From NCBI GenBank assembly GCA_963740315.1, contig CAVUDP010000004.1, forward strand, positions 352,001 through 416,000: a DNA stretch of 64,000 nt, in the 5' to 3' direction. A model generated the notes under the pieces. It did not search any database. It saw nothing but the letters and a program-made list of their open reading frames with translations, and was not told the DNA's origin. Numbering within the stretch: position 1 is the stretch's first letter; each line of letters starts with the position of its first letter. Made by a program: the position numbers and the translations under genes. This document shows positions 50,199-60,544 of the stretch, one piece after another. Source of the stretch: an uncultured cyanobacterium (lineage in GTDB: Bacteria; Cyanobacteriota; Cyanobacteriia; Cyanobacteriales; Nostocaceae).

Positions 50199-52784
50199 AT
50201 GTCAGACGCTAATTCCATCCATCCAGTGCCAGATAATCCTTTGTCAGTCCAATTACCGAAGTTGCATACATCGAAGCGAATTGCAGAGATTGTAAATATC
50301 CGTAACTCTTTGCGTTCCGGACAACAATCAATGGCAGACTGGATGGGTGGTCCCTTAGCGATTTCTGCGGTGCCCGGTGCGGGAAAATCTACGGGAATGG
50401 CTGCTGCTGCTGCGATCGCGATCGCCCGCCAATATCAAAATACCGATTACCTACGTCCCAAAATTCGCCGTCAATTAGTAGTAGTCACCTTCACTCGTTC
50501 TGCTGCTGCTAATATTAAAGCCAAAATCCGCAAATATTTAAGAGAAGATTTATCTTTACCGCAAACGGGTTTTGTGGTATATACCCTGCACGGTTTAGCG
50601 TTAAATATTGCCACCCGTCATCCCGAATTATCCGGTTTAGAACTTGATTTCGTAACATTAATTACCCCCAATCAAAGCCACCGCTTCATCCGTACCGCAG
50701 TCGAGAAATGGATTGCAAATCATCCCAGACTGTACCTTCAATTGTTAGAAGGTATGCAATTTGACGGAGAAGAAACAGAAAGATTGCGCCGTCAATCGGT
50801 ATTAAGAACCGAAGTATTACCAGAATTAGCTTATTCAGTAATTCATGAAGCCAAAAGTTCGGGAATCACACCCGAAGACTTGCAGCAAATCAGCCAGCAA
50901 AGCACCGATGCATATCAAACCTTGCAAATCGCCGCCGGATTATACGAACAATATCAGAACTTGATGGGCGATCGCGATTTTATCGACTACGACGACATGA
51001 TATTAGCAGCGTTACGGGTATTAGAAAACGAAAGCGCCAGAAAAATCGAGCAAAAACAAGTATTCGCCGTATTTGAAGACGAAGCACAGGATTCAAGTCC
51101 GTTGCAGACTCGGTTGTTGGAGATATTGGCAAGCGGTGAGGAGATGGGAGAGGGGGTAGAGGGGGTAGAGGGGGTAGAGGGGGTAGAGGGGGTAGAGGGG
51201 GTAGAGGGGGTAGAGGGGGTAGAGGGGGTAGAGGGGGTAGAGGGGGTAGAGGGGGTAGAGGGGGTAGAGGGGGAGACAAGTTTTGAATTATCAACTCCTA
51301 ACTCCTCACTCCTAACTCCTAACTTATCTTCCAATGCCCAAATTAATTTAATTCGCGTTGGCGATCCGAATCAGGCGATTAACTCTACTTTTACTCCGGC
51401 AGATCCGATTTATTTCCGCCAGTTTTGTCAAGAATGCGCTTCTCAAGGGCTTTTGGCGACTATGGATCAAGCAGGACGAAGTAGTAGAATAATTATCGAA
51501 ACTGCAAACTTTGCTCTCGAATGGGTAAATAGCCTCTACCAAAGCAAACTTACTTCCCCCTCTTCCCCTTCTTCCCCCTCTCCCCCCTCCCTCCCCTTCC
51601 GCTATCAAAGAATCCTTCCCGTAGATTCCAACGATCCGCAACCAAATGCAAACCCGGCAGCGGTGGGAAGAGGCGTAGAAATTTACACGCCTGAAGACAT
51701 TCACAATACCGTAGAATTACTGTCAGAAAGAATTGTTGAACTATTTCCCGAAGATAACGAAAACAACGGCAGCGCGGCGATATTAGTTAGAGAAAATCGT
51801 CAGGGAAGCTGGTTAAGCCAAGCACTCAGACCAATTTGTAAAAAGCATAATATTTTACTTTACGACGTAGGCGAACAAGATCGGCATTCCCACGTACCAG
51901 AAGAAATATTGGCAATTTTACAATTTTGCGATCGCCCTCATTCTCCCGATTTTCTCAAGGCTGCATTGGGGGTTTTAGTTAAACGTCGATTAATCGAACC
52001 CCAAGATTTAAATGCTTTGGCTTCCTTACCCGAAGAATTCTTATATCCTTCTCCTTTAACCGAAGCGCAAACCGAAGTTGTAAAAAAAGCTGCCGAATTT
52101 TGTCGCGATTTACTCAACGCTCGTTTAGAATTACCTCTTTATCAAATAATTTCCTTCATAGCTTTAAAACTAGATTACCAACAAGCCGAATTAGCCACAG
52201 CCGATAAACTTTCCGAAAGAATCAACAAGCAAATTGCAGGTGAGATTTCAATGGGAATAATGCTTAACGTACTCAGCGAAATCGTTAGCTCCGAACGCTT
52301 TGAACCAGTTGACACCGAAGACTCAGAAGCACGTTATACAAGACGCAATCAACTGACGGTTATTACAATGCACAAAGCCAAAGGTTTGGATTGGGATTAC
52401 GTATTTTTACCGTTCTTGCATGAAAACTTAATACCCGGTAAATTTTGGGTTCCGCCGCAAAGAAAATTCCTGGGTGATTTTACTTTGTCGGAAGTAGCTC
52501 GCGCTCAAATCCGCGCCGCATTGCATGGTGAATCAAAATTACCCGATGTAACCGAAGCATGGGAGCAAGCAAAACATTTGAAAATAGCCGAAGAATACCG
52601 TTTGCTTTACGTTGCCATGACTAGAGCAAAACGATTGCTGTGGTTATCGGCAGCCAAGGAAGCGCCTTTTACCTGGAGTAAACCGGATAATTTGCAAAAA
52701 CAACCAGCTTGCCCGGTTTTTAATGCGTTGAAGCGCGAGTTTACAGAATGTGTGGTGGGGGAGAGGGAAGCGGTTAGGAGTTAA
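50199..52784 (+). CDS. UvrD/REP family ATP-dependent DNA helicase with repeat insertions
   Basis: AVPGAGKS, TFT, TLH, DEAQD, VGDPNQAI, TMHKAKGLDWD, RLLYVAMTRAK. Confidence 0.92.
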   Translation: MSDANSIHPVPDNPLSVQLPKLHTSKRIAEIVNIRNSLRSGQQSMADWMGGPLAISAVPGAGKSTGMAAAAAIAIARQYQNTDYLRPKIRRQLVVVTFTRSAAANIKAKIRKYLREDLSLPQTGFVVYTLHGLALNIATRHPELSGLELDFVTLITPNQSHRFIRTAVEKWIANHPRLYLQLLEGMQFDGEETERLRRQSVLRTEVLPELAYSVIHEAKSSGITPEDLQQISQQSTDAYQTLQIAAGLYEQYQNLMGDRDFIDYDDMILAALRVLENESARKIEQKQVFAVFEDEAQDSSPLQTRLLEILASGEEMGEGVEGVEGVEGVEGVEGVEGVEGVEGVEGVEGVEGVEGVEGETSFELSTPNSSLLTPNLSSNAQINLIRVGDPNQAINSTFTPADPIYFRQFCQECASQGLLATMDQAGRSSRIIIETANFALEWVNSLYQSKLTSPSSPSSPSPPSLPFRYQRILPVDSNDPQPNANPAAVGRGVEIYTPEDIHNTVELLSERIVELFPEDNENNGSAAILVRENRQGSWLSQALRPICKKHNILLYDVGEQDRHSHVPEEILAILQFCDRPHSPDFLKAALGVLVKRRLIEPQDLNALASLPEEFLYPSPLTEAQTEVVKKAAEFCRDLLNARLELPLYQIISFIALKLDYQQAELATADKLSERINKQIAGEISMGIMLNVLSEIVSSERFEPVDTEDSEARYTRRNQLTVITMHKAKGLDWDYVFLPFLHENLIPGKFWVPPQRKFLGDFTLSEVARAQIRAALHGESKLPDVTEAWEQAKHLKIAEEYRLLYVAMTRAKRLLWLSAAKEAPFTWSKPDNLQKQPACPVFNALKREFTECVVGEREAVRS
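51150..51272 (+). repeat. 13 perfect in-frame copies of GAGGGGGTA encoding (EGV)13
   Basis: Counted directly, 51150-51266 plus partial unit. Confidence 0.95.
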
Positions 52785-52846
52785 GAATAATAAACCGCAG
52801 AGGGCGCGGAGAGCGCAGAGGAAGAGGTAAGAGAGAGATGATTCTT

Positions 52847-53015
52847 GTAGGTTGGGTTAGGCGTAGTTGTAATAATTATTCTCAACACCGGAATTGATAT
52901 TAAGCCGTAACCCAACATTACGATCGCGGATAAACAGATCGGATGTTGGGTTACGACACGATTTCAAATATTCTCGTTTCAAGCCAAATTAATTTTCATG
53001 TCTAACCCAACCTAC
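52847..53015. mobile_element. GTAG-flanked REPIN/MITE-like element
   Basis: gtaggttgggttag...ctaacccaacctac terminal inverted repeats. Confidence 0.75.
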
Positions 53016-53026
53016 AATTATATTTT

Positions 53027-53992
53027 ATGGATAAAATACCTTTCTTATTAAAAGCACTTATAGTAGCAATTAACTTAATAGGTTTTGGGTATCTTACTTT
53101 ATCTGATTTTCTAACAATATCCAAACAAATATCAACCAAACTTATTATAATTTTTCGACCAATATTAAGCCTGAGTATAGGAATAATTATAAGCCAAATT
53201 GTAATATTGTATCTATTCTTTGCTGCTAACATTGTTCCTATTCACAAAATTACTTGCGAGCATTCTATACGAGATATCTCAACAGCAAATTTTATTTTTA
53301 ATAGCAAACAAAAATATTTGCCAACAAACTGTAAAGTTTCTGAGATTAATTTGTTCAATCATGAAAATAATTTAAAACTAATACCCAAGTTGCTTGAAGC
53401 AAAAATAGAAGAGAGAGTTGAAATTGACGAGAAAGATCGATCAAAATATAGTTATCGAATAATTTTATTAAATCAAACTGGCACTATTCCTTTTACGGAC
53501 TACAGATATACAGATTCAACAATTAACGAATTTAAATTATTAGCATCATCGATTAATGATTTTTTAGTCAATAATAGAGCAGAAAAATTAGTACGTATTA
53601 TAGACGACAGATATTTAGTTTATGCCGGTGTTGGATTAAGCATATTTTTTGCGCTAATATCTTTATTGTTAATATTAACTGGTTTATTTATTGATTTTTG
53701 TTTTGATAAAGAAACAAGTATGTTAACAGTTAGTCGTTACAGATGCTTGGGAATATTCGGTAAGCAAGAGTTTCAATATTCTTTTAATGAAATTATAGAT
53801 GTGAAAAATGAACGTATTGAGACTTCGGAAAATTATTACAATAAAGTTGTTTTAATATTGCCAAGTAATAAGTTATCATTATCTCCCAATATCTCTTTTT
53901 CAAGAAGTGTAAGTATAGGATTTATTACACAGCATATTAAGAATGAAGAGTATATAGTCAAAGTTATTAAAGATTTTTTAGAAATGGAATAA
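53027..53992 (+). CDS. AT-rich hypothetical membrane protein
   Basis: 321-aa ORF with about three hydrophobic segments. Confidence 0.7.
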   Translation: MDKIPFLLKALIVAINLIGFGYLTLSDFLTISKQISTKLIIIFRPILSLSIGIIISQIVILYLFFAANIVPIHKITCEHSIRDISTANFIFNSKQKYLPTNCKVSEINLFNHENNLKLIPKLLEAKIEERVEIDEKDRSKYSYRIILLNQTGTIPFTDYRYTDSTINEFKLLASSINDFLVNNRAEKLVRIIDDRYLVYAGVGLSIFFALISLLLILTGLFIDFCFDKETSMLTVSRYRCLGIFGKQEFQYSFNEIIDVKNERIETSENYYNKVVLILPSNKLSLSPNISFSRSVSIGFITQHIKNEEYIVKVIKDFLEME

Positions 53993-54017
53993 AGCATCGG
54001 TTTGACACATTAAAATT

Positions 54018-54107
54018 GTGGACAAACAGATAAGATGTTGGGTTACGACACGATTTCAAAATTTTCGTTGCAAATCAAATTGGCTTTTCGTGTCTAACCC
54101 AACCTAC
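54018..54107. repeat. Half element, 90-bp direct repeat of 52926-53015
   Basis: gatgttgggttacgacacgatttcaaa...gtctaacccaacctac shared. Confidence 0.8.
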
Positions 54108-54142
54108 GACTACAACTAAAAATAATAGATTAATTTGACGCT

Positions 54143-55309
54143 ATGGGAAGGAAAAAACGCCGAAAAGCAGCAAATGCTCGAAAAGCCAATCAAAATATCG
54201 TTGAAGGTAGCGGTATTTGTATGGAAATTCGGCAACCTGAAAATATCGCTGTAGCTATTCCAGAAAAAGAAGCTGAAAATATTGCTTCAATCGGACTTGG
54301 TATTAAAATCAAGAGTTTTGTTGATACAGTTTTTTTATTTAAAGATGATGCTTATCTTGTCGAAATAGTCAGAGATGGTGAAATTTTTGAAGCAGAAACT
54401 CATATTAACAAAAATATTCCAAATAATGTAGTTAGTTGGAGATTACTCAAGTCGGGATTTCATGGTGATATAATTTTAGATTTTGTAGCGGAAATTTATT
54501 GGAAAGATAATTTACTTTGTTTGAAGATTTCTACTATTGTACTTAACTATGAAAGATATATTGCATCTGAATCTTGGAATTTTCAAGGATTAAAACCAGG
54601 AATCTATCAATTACGCTTCATTTATCAAAATAAAAATCAGAGTTGCGAACCACCATCATATGTATACGAAGACTTTAGGATAATTGACTGTAAAGAAGCA
54701 GTAGAAATATTTAGAGATACGCTAACGACTGCTAAAGTTAATATTGATTTGCTTCAACCTATAGAATCCAAAAGTGATTCAGTTGAAGTTGACGGTATGG
54801 TATTCAGGAATTTAATTCCTTATACAGAAATTAGCTTACAAAAAACATGGTCTTCAAACGCAAAATTTCATGTCGGTGGAATTCAGATTTTTAACAATAC
54901 ACATAAAGCTTATTACTTCAGTGTTCATTTTACGATTGAGCCACGGATAATTTCAGAAGATGGTGAAGTTGTTTTTGTACGAGAATTAGATAGTGATTGG
55001 TTTCAACTAAGAGAAGAAGATTCTGATATTTTTCTATCAAAACCTAATAAAAATACATTTTTATTTCCCGGTACTTATCTCTATAAAGCTGGTAATAAAC
55101 GCTTTCGATTAGTTTTTTACGCTAATTATGGTGGTGGTTGGTGTTATGAATCGCTTGAGTTAAACAAAACTTACAAAATTAATTTTACTTATACAAATAG
55201 CAGCCCTTCAAGTAAAAATTTAGGCATAGGAACCGATGAAAATGATGAAATCTTGTTTTGGACGGGAAAAGTGAGTACGCCTTTTGTTGAGTTTCGTTTG
55301 GTGATCTAG
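54143..55309 (+). CDS. AT-rich hypothetical protein with two internally similar beta-rich halves
   Basis: LKPGIYQLRFIYQN vs LELNKTYKINFTYTN; VEGSGICME vs VEVDGMVFR. Confidence 0.7.
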   Translation: MGRKKRRKAANARKANQNIVEGSGICMEIRQPENIAVAIPEKEAENIASIGLGIKIKSFVDTVFLFKDDAYLVEIVRDGEIFEAETHINKNIPNNVVSWRLLKSGFHGDIILDFVAEIYWKDNLLCLKISTIVLNYERYIASESWNFQGLKPGIYQLRFIYQNKNQSCEPPSYVYEDFRIIDCKEAVEIFRDTLTTAKVNIDLLQPIESKSDSVEVDGMVFRNLIPYTEISLQKTWSSNAKFHVGGIQIFNNTHKAYYFSVHFTIEPRIISEDGEVVFVRELDSDWFQLREEDSDIFLSKPNKNTFLFPGTYLYKAGNKRFRLVFYANYGGGWCYESLELNKTYKINFTYTNSSPSSKNLGIGTDENDEILFWTGKVSTPFVEFRLVI

Positions 55310-55342
55310 ATTTATTTTTTAGTTTCAATTTCTCTTGTTCTT

Positions 55343-55449
55343 TCGTTACAAGACTCTGGCTTGTAATGCATTTCTTGGAGGCTCTGCCTCCGGTATAAAA
55401 CGAGGCAGAGCCTCTTGATATGGATTCCCAGCCGGAGTCTGGGAACCAG
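55343..55449. mobile_element. Palindromic MITE/REPIN-like element (copy of 11034-11144 family)
   Basis: gaggctctgcctc/gaggcagagcctc core and matching arms. Confidence 0.7.
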
Positions 55450-55463
55450 TTATTACCAATTAT

Positions 55464-56261
55464 CTAAATACTTGCAACTGAACCACCATCAACGCGATAA
55501 TTCGCACCTAATACAAAACTTGCTTGCTGGGAACATAAAAAGGCAATTACTGCGGCTACTTCTTGGGCTTTTCCACGACGGTTTAATTCCAAATTAGGAC
55601 GCTCTTTTTTTAGAAATTGAGAAATCGCTTCTTCAAAACTAATCCCTTTTTCTTCTGCTTGCTTTTTCATCATCGCGTCTGTCATGGGAGTGGCGATAAA
55701 TGCGGGTGAAACTGAATTTATCAATACGCCATCTTTACCGTAAGCTTTTGATAATCCTTTGGCTAAGTTGAGTACTCCGGCTTTTGCTGCACAGTAAGGT
55801 AATTCGTCTGCATAAGGTTGTAAAGCATCTTCGGAACTTATTAAAACTACTCTTCCCCAACCGGATTCGCGCATCGATGGAATGAAAGCACGACAAACCC
55901 GCACTGCTGACATTAAATCGACTTCGATCGCTTCGTGCCAATCTTCATCGGATATTTCTAAAAAATCCCCCGTTGCTCCAGTGATTCCGGCTGCGTTAAC
56001 TAAAATATCAACTTTACCAAAACGTTCTAAAATTTGAGTCTTAGCTTTTTCTACTTGTTCAAGTTCTCTTAAATCTGCTTGAAAACCCGCTACTTCGCCA
56101 ATTTTCCCAACTTCTTCAGCGGCTTGCTTTAACTTATCGTCAGTTTTATCAATTAAAGCAACTTTTACACCTTCAGCAGTCAACAATTTCGCCGTTGCAA
56201 TACCAATACCCGAATCACCACCAGTGATGACAGCAACTTTATCTTTAATATTAAAATCCAT
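55464..56261 (-). CDS. Short-chain dehydrogenase/reductase
   Basis: TGGDSGIG, NAAG, YCAAK. Confidence 0.92.
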   Translation of the reverse strand: MDFNIKDKVAVITGGDSGIGIATAKLLTAEGVKVALIDKTDDKLKQAAEEVGKIGEVAGFQADLRELEQVEKAKTQILERFGKVDILVNAAGITGATGDFLEISDEDWHEAIEVDLMSAVRVCRAFIPSMRESGWGRVVLISSEDALQPYADELPYCAAKAGVLNLAKGLSKAYGKDGVLINSVSPAFIATPMTDAMMKKQAEEKGISFEEAISQFLKKERPNLELNRRGKAQEVAAVIAFLCSQQASFVLGANYRVDGGSVASI

Positions 56262-56441
56262 AATTCAGTTAACAGTGAGCAGTGAGCAGTGAACAGTTAA
56301 TTTATGACTATTAACTGATGACTGTTTGAAGTTTATTTCACGGTTTTGGTATTTTTATCGCTCTGGGGTTTTATTTTTTAGGTATTAAGGAAGAAATATT
56401 TACATCACTTTTGGTGGTTGAATTTTTAGCGTGATTAACCT

Positions 56442-56963
56442 TCAATTACCAAATTCCCGACGGGCTTTTTCCATCACTTCCCGAACATAATCGCTTTTTC
56501 CTTGAGTATAAGCTTCGCGATCGCAACGAAACCGTGCTGCTAAATCCCGCTTTAATTTTTCATATCGCCGCGCTTCTTGTGGATGTATTCTTAAATAATC
56601 TCTAAATAATCGACGCTGCCAAAACTCACCATCAATTTCCACTACATGAACGTGATGCGATCGCTTTTCCCCGTATGGTGGCATTCCTTTTACAAAAAAC
56701 ATCTTTTCGGGATCGGGATTTTCTGCCCAATATACATATCCCAAATCTTCGAGAGGTTTAATAGTGCTTTTCCCATCCGATAAATTACGCAATCCAACCA
56801 TAATATCGATAACTGGTTTCGCCGCTAATCCCGGTACCGCAGTCGAACCAATATGTTCAACCACAATTAAATCTTTCCCCAGCGCCGTGCGAATCGATTC
56901 GGCTTCTTGCTCGAACATATTCGCCCAATTTGGGTCATAATTCACTATCACTATTTCATCCAT
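56442..56963 (-). CDS. GrpB/UPF0157 family protein
   Basis: EHIGSTAVPGLAAKPVIDI, FRDYLR, YTQGKS; start at MDEIV. Confidence 0.9.
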   Translation of the reverse strand: MDEIVIVNYDPNWANMFEQEAESIRTALGKDLIVVEHIGSTAVPGLAAKPVIDIMVGLRNLSDGKSTIKPLEDLGYVYWAENPDPEKMFFVKGMPPYGEKRSHHVHVVEIDGEFWQRRLFRDYLRIHPQEARRYEKLKRDLAARFRCDREAYTQGKSDYVREVMEKARREFGN

Positions 56964-56970
56964 ATAATAA

Positions 56971-57103
56971 GTAGGGTGTGTTGTGAGGGGCAAACGCACC
57001 ATCCTGCTTCGGATACAACCCAATATTAGAATGGTGCGTTAGGCGCGAAAAATGTATATTTTGTCATAATCATGATTTTCTGTCGCGCCATAACACACCC
57101 TAC
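56971..57103. mobile_element. GTAG-flanked REPIN-like element (gtagggtg family)
   Basis: gtagggtgtgtt...aacacaccctac ends; relatives near 30808-30872, 43250-43290, 61438-61638. Confidence 0.7.
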
Positions 57104-57174
57104 AAAAAATTGCGGCAGATTGCTAATTACCATTTATAATATGGGATTGTGTCTATGTGTAGAAACATAAAAAT

Positions 57175-57381
57175 ATGCCTAAACTAAAATCTCGTAAAGC
57201 TGCTGCGAAACGGTTTCGTGCCACTGGTACAGGTAAAATCGTTCGTCGTAAAGCTTTCAAAAACCATATTCTAGAAAAGAAGACTACCGATAAAAAGCGC
57301 GGGCTATCCAAAGCGGTAATCGTTGACGAAAGCGATGTCGAGAATGTACGCGGTATGCTTCCATATCTGCCAAGAAAGTAA
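57175..57381 (+). CDS. rpmI: 50S ribosomal protein L35
   Basis: [22 protein letters not shown]. Confidence 0.97.
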   Translation: MPKLKSRKAAAKRFRATGTGKIVRRKAFKNHILEKKTTDKKRGLSKAVIVDESDVENVRGMLPYLPRK

Positions 57382-57432
57382 AACGCAGGTAGATTATTCA
57401 GAAATATTCGGAAATTATTAGGAAATTAAACT

Positions 57433-57786
57433 ATGTCCAGAGTCAAGCGCGGTAATGTTGCTCGCAAACGCCGCAAAAAAATCCTCAAACTAGCAAAAGG
57501 CTATCGCGGTTCTCATTCTACCTTGTTTAGAACGGCTAACCAACAGGTAATGAAAGCACTGCGATCGGCTTATCGCGATCGCAAAAAACGCAAGCGCGAT
57601 TTCCGCCGTCTGTGGATTACTCGTATCAACGCTGCCTGTCGTCAACACGGCATGAGTTACAGCAAATTCATGGGTAATCTGAAGAAATCCAACATTGAAA
57701 TTAATCGAAAAATGTTGTCTCAAATGGCGATTTTAGATCCTGCTGGTTTTAGCAAAGTTGCCGAAATTGTTAGTCAAGCTAAATAA
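57433..57786 (+). CDS. rplT: 50S ribosomal protein L20
   Basis: [21 protein letters not shown]. Confidence 0.97.
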   Translation: MSRVKRGNVARKRRKKILKLAKGYRGSHSTLFRTANQQVMKALRSAYRDRKKRKRDFRRLWITRINAACRQHGMSYSKFMGNLKKSNIEINRKMLSQMAILDPAGFSKVAEIVSQAK

Positions 57787-57886
57787 ATGGGTAAAAAAGT
57801 TCGTAGTAGAGTTTTAATTATGTTGAGGATTAAAATCCTCACTACGAACCGTCACGGATGTAACTGGTGTTGCAAAGGATGATTTA

Positions 57887-58759
57887 TTGGTGAAATTACG
57901 GTTAATTCATCGGCAGAATCGGCAATACAATCCGCAGCGGAAGTTACATCTGCTACTATCCGCTGCAATATGTCTAAGTTTGTTCCTCAATGTTGGAACA
58001 TCACCCGTATTTGCCGCATCCTTAAAAGAAATTCAGCAGCGCGGCTATATTACTGTTGCAGTCAAAGATAATTTACCGCCTTTAGCATTTCGAGACGAAA
58101 GCGGTAATTTACAAGGATTAGAAATCGAATTAGCGCAACGGTTAGCACAAGACTTATTAGCAAAACCAGACGCAAGTAATTCAGATAAATTAGATAAATT
58201 AGTTAAATTTCAACCCGTCACCAACTTACAGCGACTCAAAGTAGTTGAAAAAGGTGAAGTTGATATGGCGATCGCGAAAGTAACGGCAACTTATTCGCGG
58301 GAACGCATCGTAAATTTCAGCATTCCTTACTACTTCGATGGCGGAGTTTTAGCAGTAAAAGACACATCATTTCAAAAGTTAACCGACTTACAAAATAGTA
58401 AAATAGCCGTCCTCAAAAACTCCAGCACCATTGCCCCGCTAAGATATTACCTCCCCGAAGCCGATTTAATAGGAGTTAAATCCTACTTAGAAGGGCAAAG
58501 ATTAATTGAGAACAATCAAGTTGCAGCGATCGCCGCCGATATCACCAGCCTCAGCAACTGGATCAAACAAAACCCTCAATATAGACTACTATCAACCAAA
58601 ATATCAACACAACCCTTGTCAGTAGTCATGCCCAAAGGATTGCAATACGACGAACTACGACGGCAAGTAAGCCAACTAATCGGCAGTTATTTAGAAAGCG
58701 GATGGTTGAAACAACGTGCTGAATATTGGGGTTTGCCTAATAGTTCGCAACTATCATAG
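57887..58759 (+). CDS. Polar amino-acid ABC transporter substrate-binding protein (family 3)
   Basis: LKEIQQRG, PPLAF, GLEIELA, NFSIPYY. Confidence 0.85.
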   Translation: MVKLRLIHRQNRQYNPQRKLHLLLSAAICLSLFLNVGTSPVFAASLKEIQQRGYITVAVKDNLPPLAFRDESGNLQGLEIELAQRLAQDLLAKPDASNSDKLDKLVKFQPVTNLQRLKVVEKGEVDMAIAKVTATYSRERIVNFSIPYYFDGGVLAVKDTSFQKLTDLQNSKIAVLKNSSTIAPLRYYLPEADLIGVKSYLEGQRLIENNQVAAIAADITSLSNWIKQNPQYRLLSTKISTQPLSVVMPKGLQYDELRRQVSQLIGSYLESGWLKQRAEYWGLPNSSQLS

Positions 58760-59147
58760 ACTGGCTTAAACCGCCTTGGAATTGATTTCAAGGCGGATTT
58801 TGGGGCAAGTTGCTCATGGTGCAAGATGTAAGTTTCAACCCACTTAGTATATGCAGTCTTGAAATTGATTTCCGAACAGAAAGTAAAGCAAAATTTTAGC
58901 AATTCGTAATTTTTTATGACGAGCAATTCTAGTATCCTAATTATTAAGTACTTAGGTAAAATTAATTGTGCATTTGTCCGAAGCGAGTGGAACGAAGTAA
59001 CTTAGGCAATCTCAAAGTGTTGCGAAAGATCCGCTGTCGCTCGCAATGACACAAATAATTTTGCACACCCACTTAACTCCTAATAACTGGTCACTGCTAA
59101 CTGGTAACTGGTCACTGTTAACTGTTCACTGTTCACTGAAAACTAAT

Positions 59148-59690
59148 ATGAATAACGATTTAGCAACTATTTATCTAGCTATTTTAGTCGGCATCCTGTT
59201 TATCGCAGCTATAAGCGTTTTTCGTCAAATTTTTAAATCTCGCAAACAGGAAGGTTCTTTTTCTAAATTGCGCTCTAAATTAACAAAAGAACAGGGTACG
59301 GTTGAAGAATATTACAAATTAGGTAGTATTTATTCCCAGAAAAAGCTGTTTACTCAAGCAATGAGCCTGTTTCAAAAAGCAATCAAAGCAGCACAAGAAT
59401 TAGAAGAAACAGATGCTCAAACCGAAGATTATGTAACCTTGTCTCACAACGGTTTGGGTTATGCTTATTTTGTTCAAGAACAGTACGACTTAGCAATTCG
59501 TAATTATAAAGAAGCCTTAAAAAGACAGCCGGATTACGTAACCGCGCTTAATAATTTAGGTCATGCTTACGAACGTAAAAAGTTGAATGCTCAAGCTTTG
59601 GAAAATTACGAAAAAGCATTAGAAATTGAGCCTAAAAATGCTGTAGCTAAACGTCGCGCTGAATCTTTAAGAAGGTTGGTTGCGGCTTAG
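59148..59690 (+). CDS. ycf37: TPR protein, Ycf37/Pyg7-like (PSI assembly)
   Basis: N-terminal TM plus three TPRs (NGLGYAYF, NNLGHAYE); location downstream of rpmI-rplT. Confidence 0.75.
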   Translation: MNNDLATIYLAILVGILFIAAISVFRQIFKSRKQEGSFSKLRSKLTKEQGTVEEYYKLGSIYSQKKLFTQAMSLFQKAIKAAQELEETDAQTEDYVTLSHNGLGYAYFVQEQYDLAIRNYKEALKRQPDYVTALNNLGHAYERKKLNAQALENYEKALEIEPKNAVAKRRAESLRRLVAA

Positions 59691-59744
59691 GGCATGGGGC
59701 ATTGGGTGTTTTCCCGCATCGCCGTTACCCTCGAAGCATCGCCG

Positions 59745-59851
59745 ACACCCTCGAAGGGTGCGGCTACAGCTACGAAGCCCACCTGCGCGGACTATTTAGC
59801 CCACGCAGGTGGGCTTTGTAATTTTAGCCCCACGCTTCTAGGGTGAGGGCT
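59745..59851. repeat. Palindromic dispersed repeat
   Basis: aagcccacctgcg / cgcaggtgggctt inverted pair with flanking hairpins. Confidence 0.6.
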
Positions 59852-59871
59852 GCTAACATTTAGTTTAATAA

Positions 59872-60510
59872 TCAACCAATCAAATCAAGCCCTGGATTAT
59901 ATTTTTGAAAAATCGGTAGCATTTTCTCTTCATCTCCATTCAAATAATATTCTTGCTCTTTATCTAAATAATGGGCACCTGTTTCTAAATATTCGGCAAG
60001 AGTTTGCATCATTGTAGTTAGATTTCGATATATTAAACTTAATTCTAATTCGTCAGCTTTGTCTATAATCGGAGAATGACACTGTTGCTCTTTAGTTAAA
60101 AAAACATTACAAAAAGAGCAATTGGAACGAGAAAATGGAAATAAATATTTTTGCTCGCTGTATAAATTAACTTGATTTGCATCTAATAATTCAAAAATAT
60201 TTCGGTAATCTTCTTCATCGAAAATGTTTAATTGATTCTCAACAAAATCCTCATAATATTCCATAGCTTCATCTAAAGGCATAAATTCCATTGAAGGATA
60301 AACGACAGATTTTAAATCTTCGCCACCTTCTACACCATTTCGCCAACGATATAATTCATAAATTTCTTCAGGTAATTCTAATTCAACGTTAGCTAATTTT
60401 TCCCGAATTTCTGCATCACTTAAACCAGGTAAAAAAGACGCTGCATAATCTGGTCTATTTTCCTCCAACCATCCCATGATTTGGTTAAGATAATCAGTTA
60501 AAACCGACAT
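59872..60510 (-). CDS. SMI1/KNR4 (SUKH) family protein
   Basis: FLPGLSDAEI..LPEEIYELYRWRNG; acidic. Confidence 0.8.
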   Translation of the reverse strand: MSVLTDYLNQIMGWLEENRPDYAASFLPGLSDAEIREKLANVELELPEEIYELYRWRNGVEGGEDLKSVVYPSMEFMPLDEAMEYYEDFVENQLNIFDEEDYRNIFELLDANQVNLYSEQKYLFPFSRSNCSFCNVFLTKEQQCHSPIIDKADELELSLIYRNLTTMMQTLAEYLETGAHYLDKEQEYYLNGDEEKMLPIFQKYNPGLDLIG

Positions 60511-60544
60511 AATTTTATTTTTAATTTTTCAATATCCTAAAATA

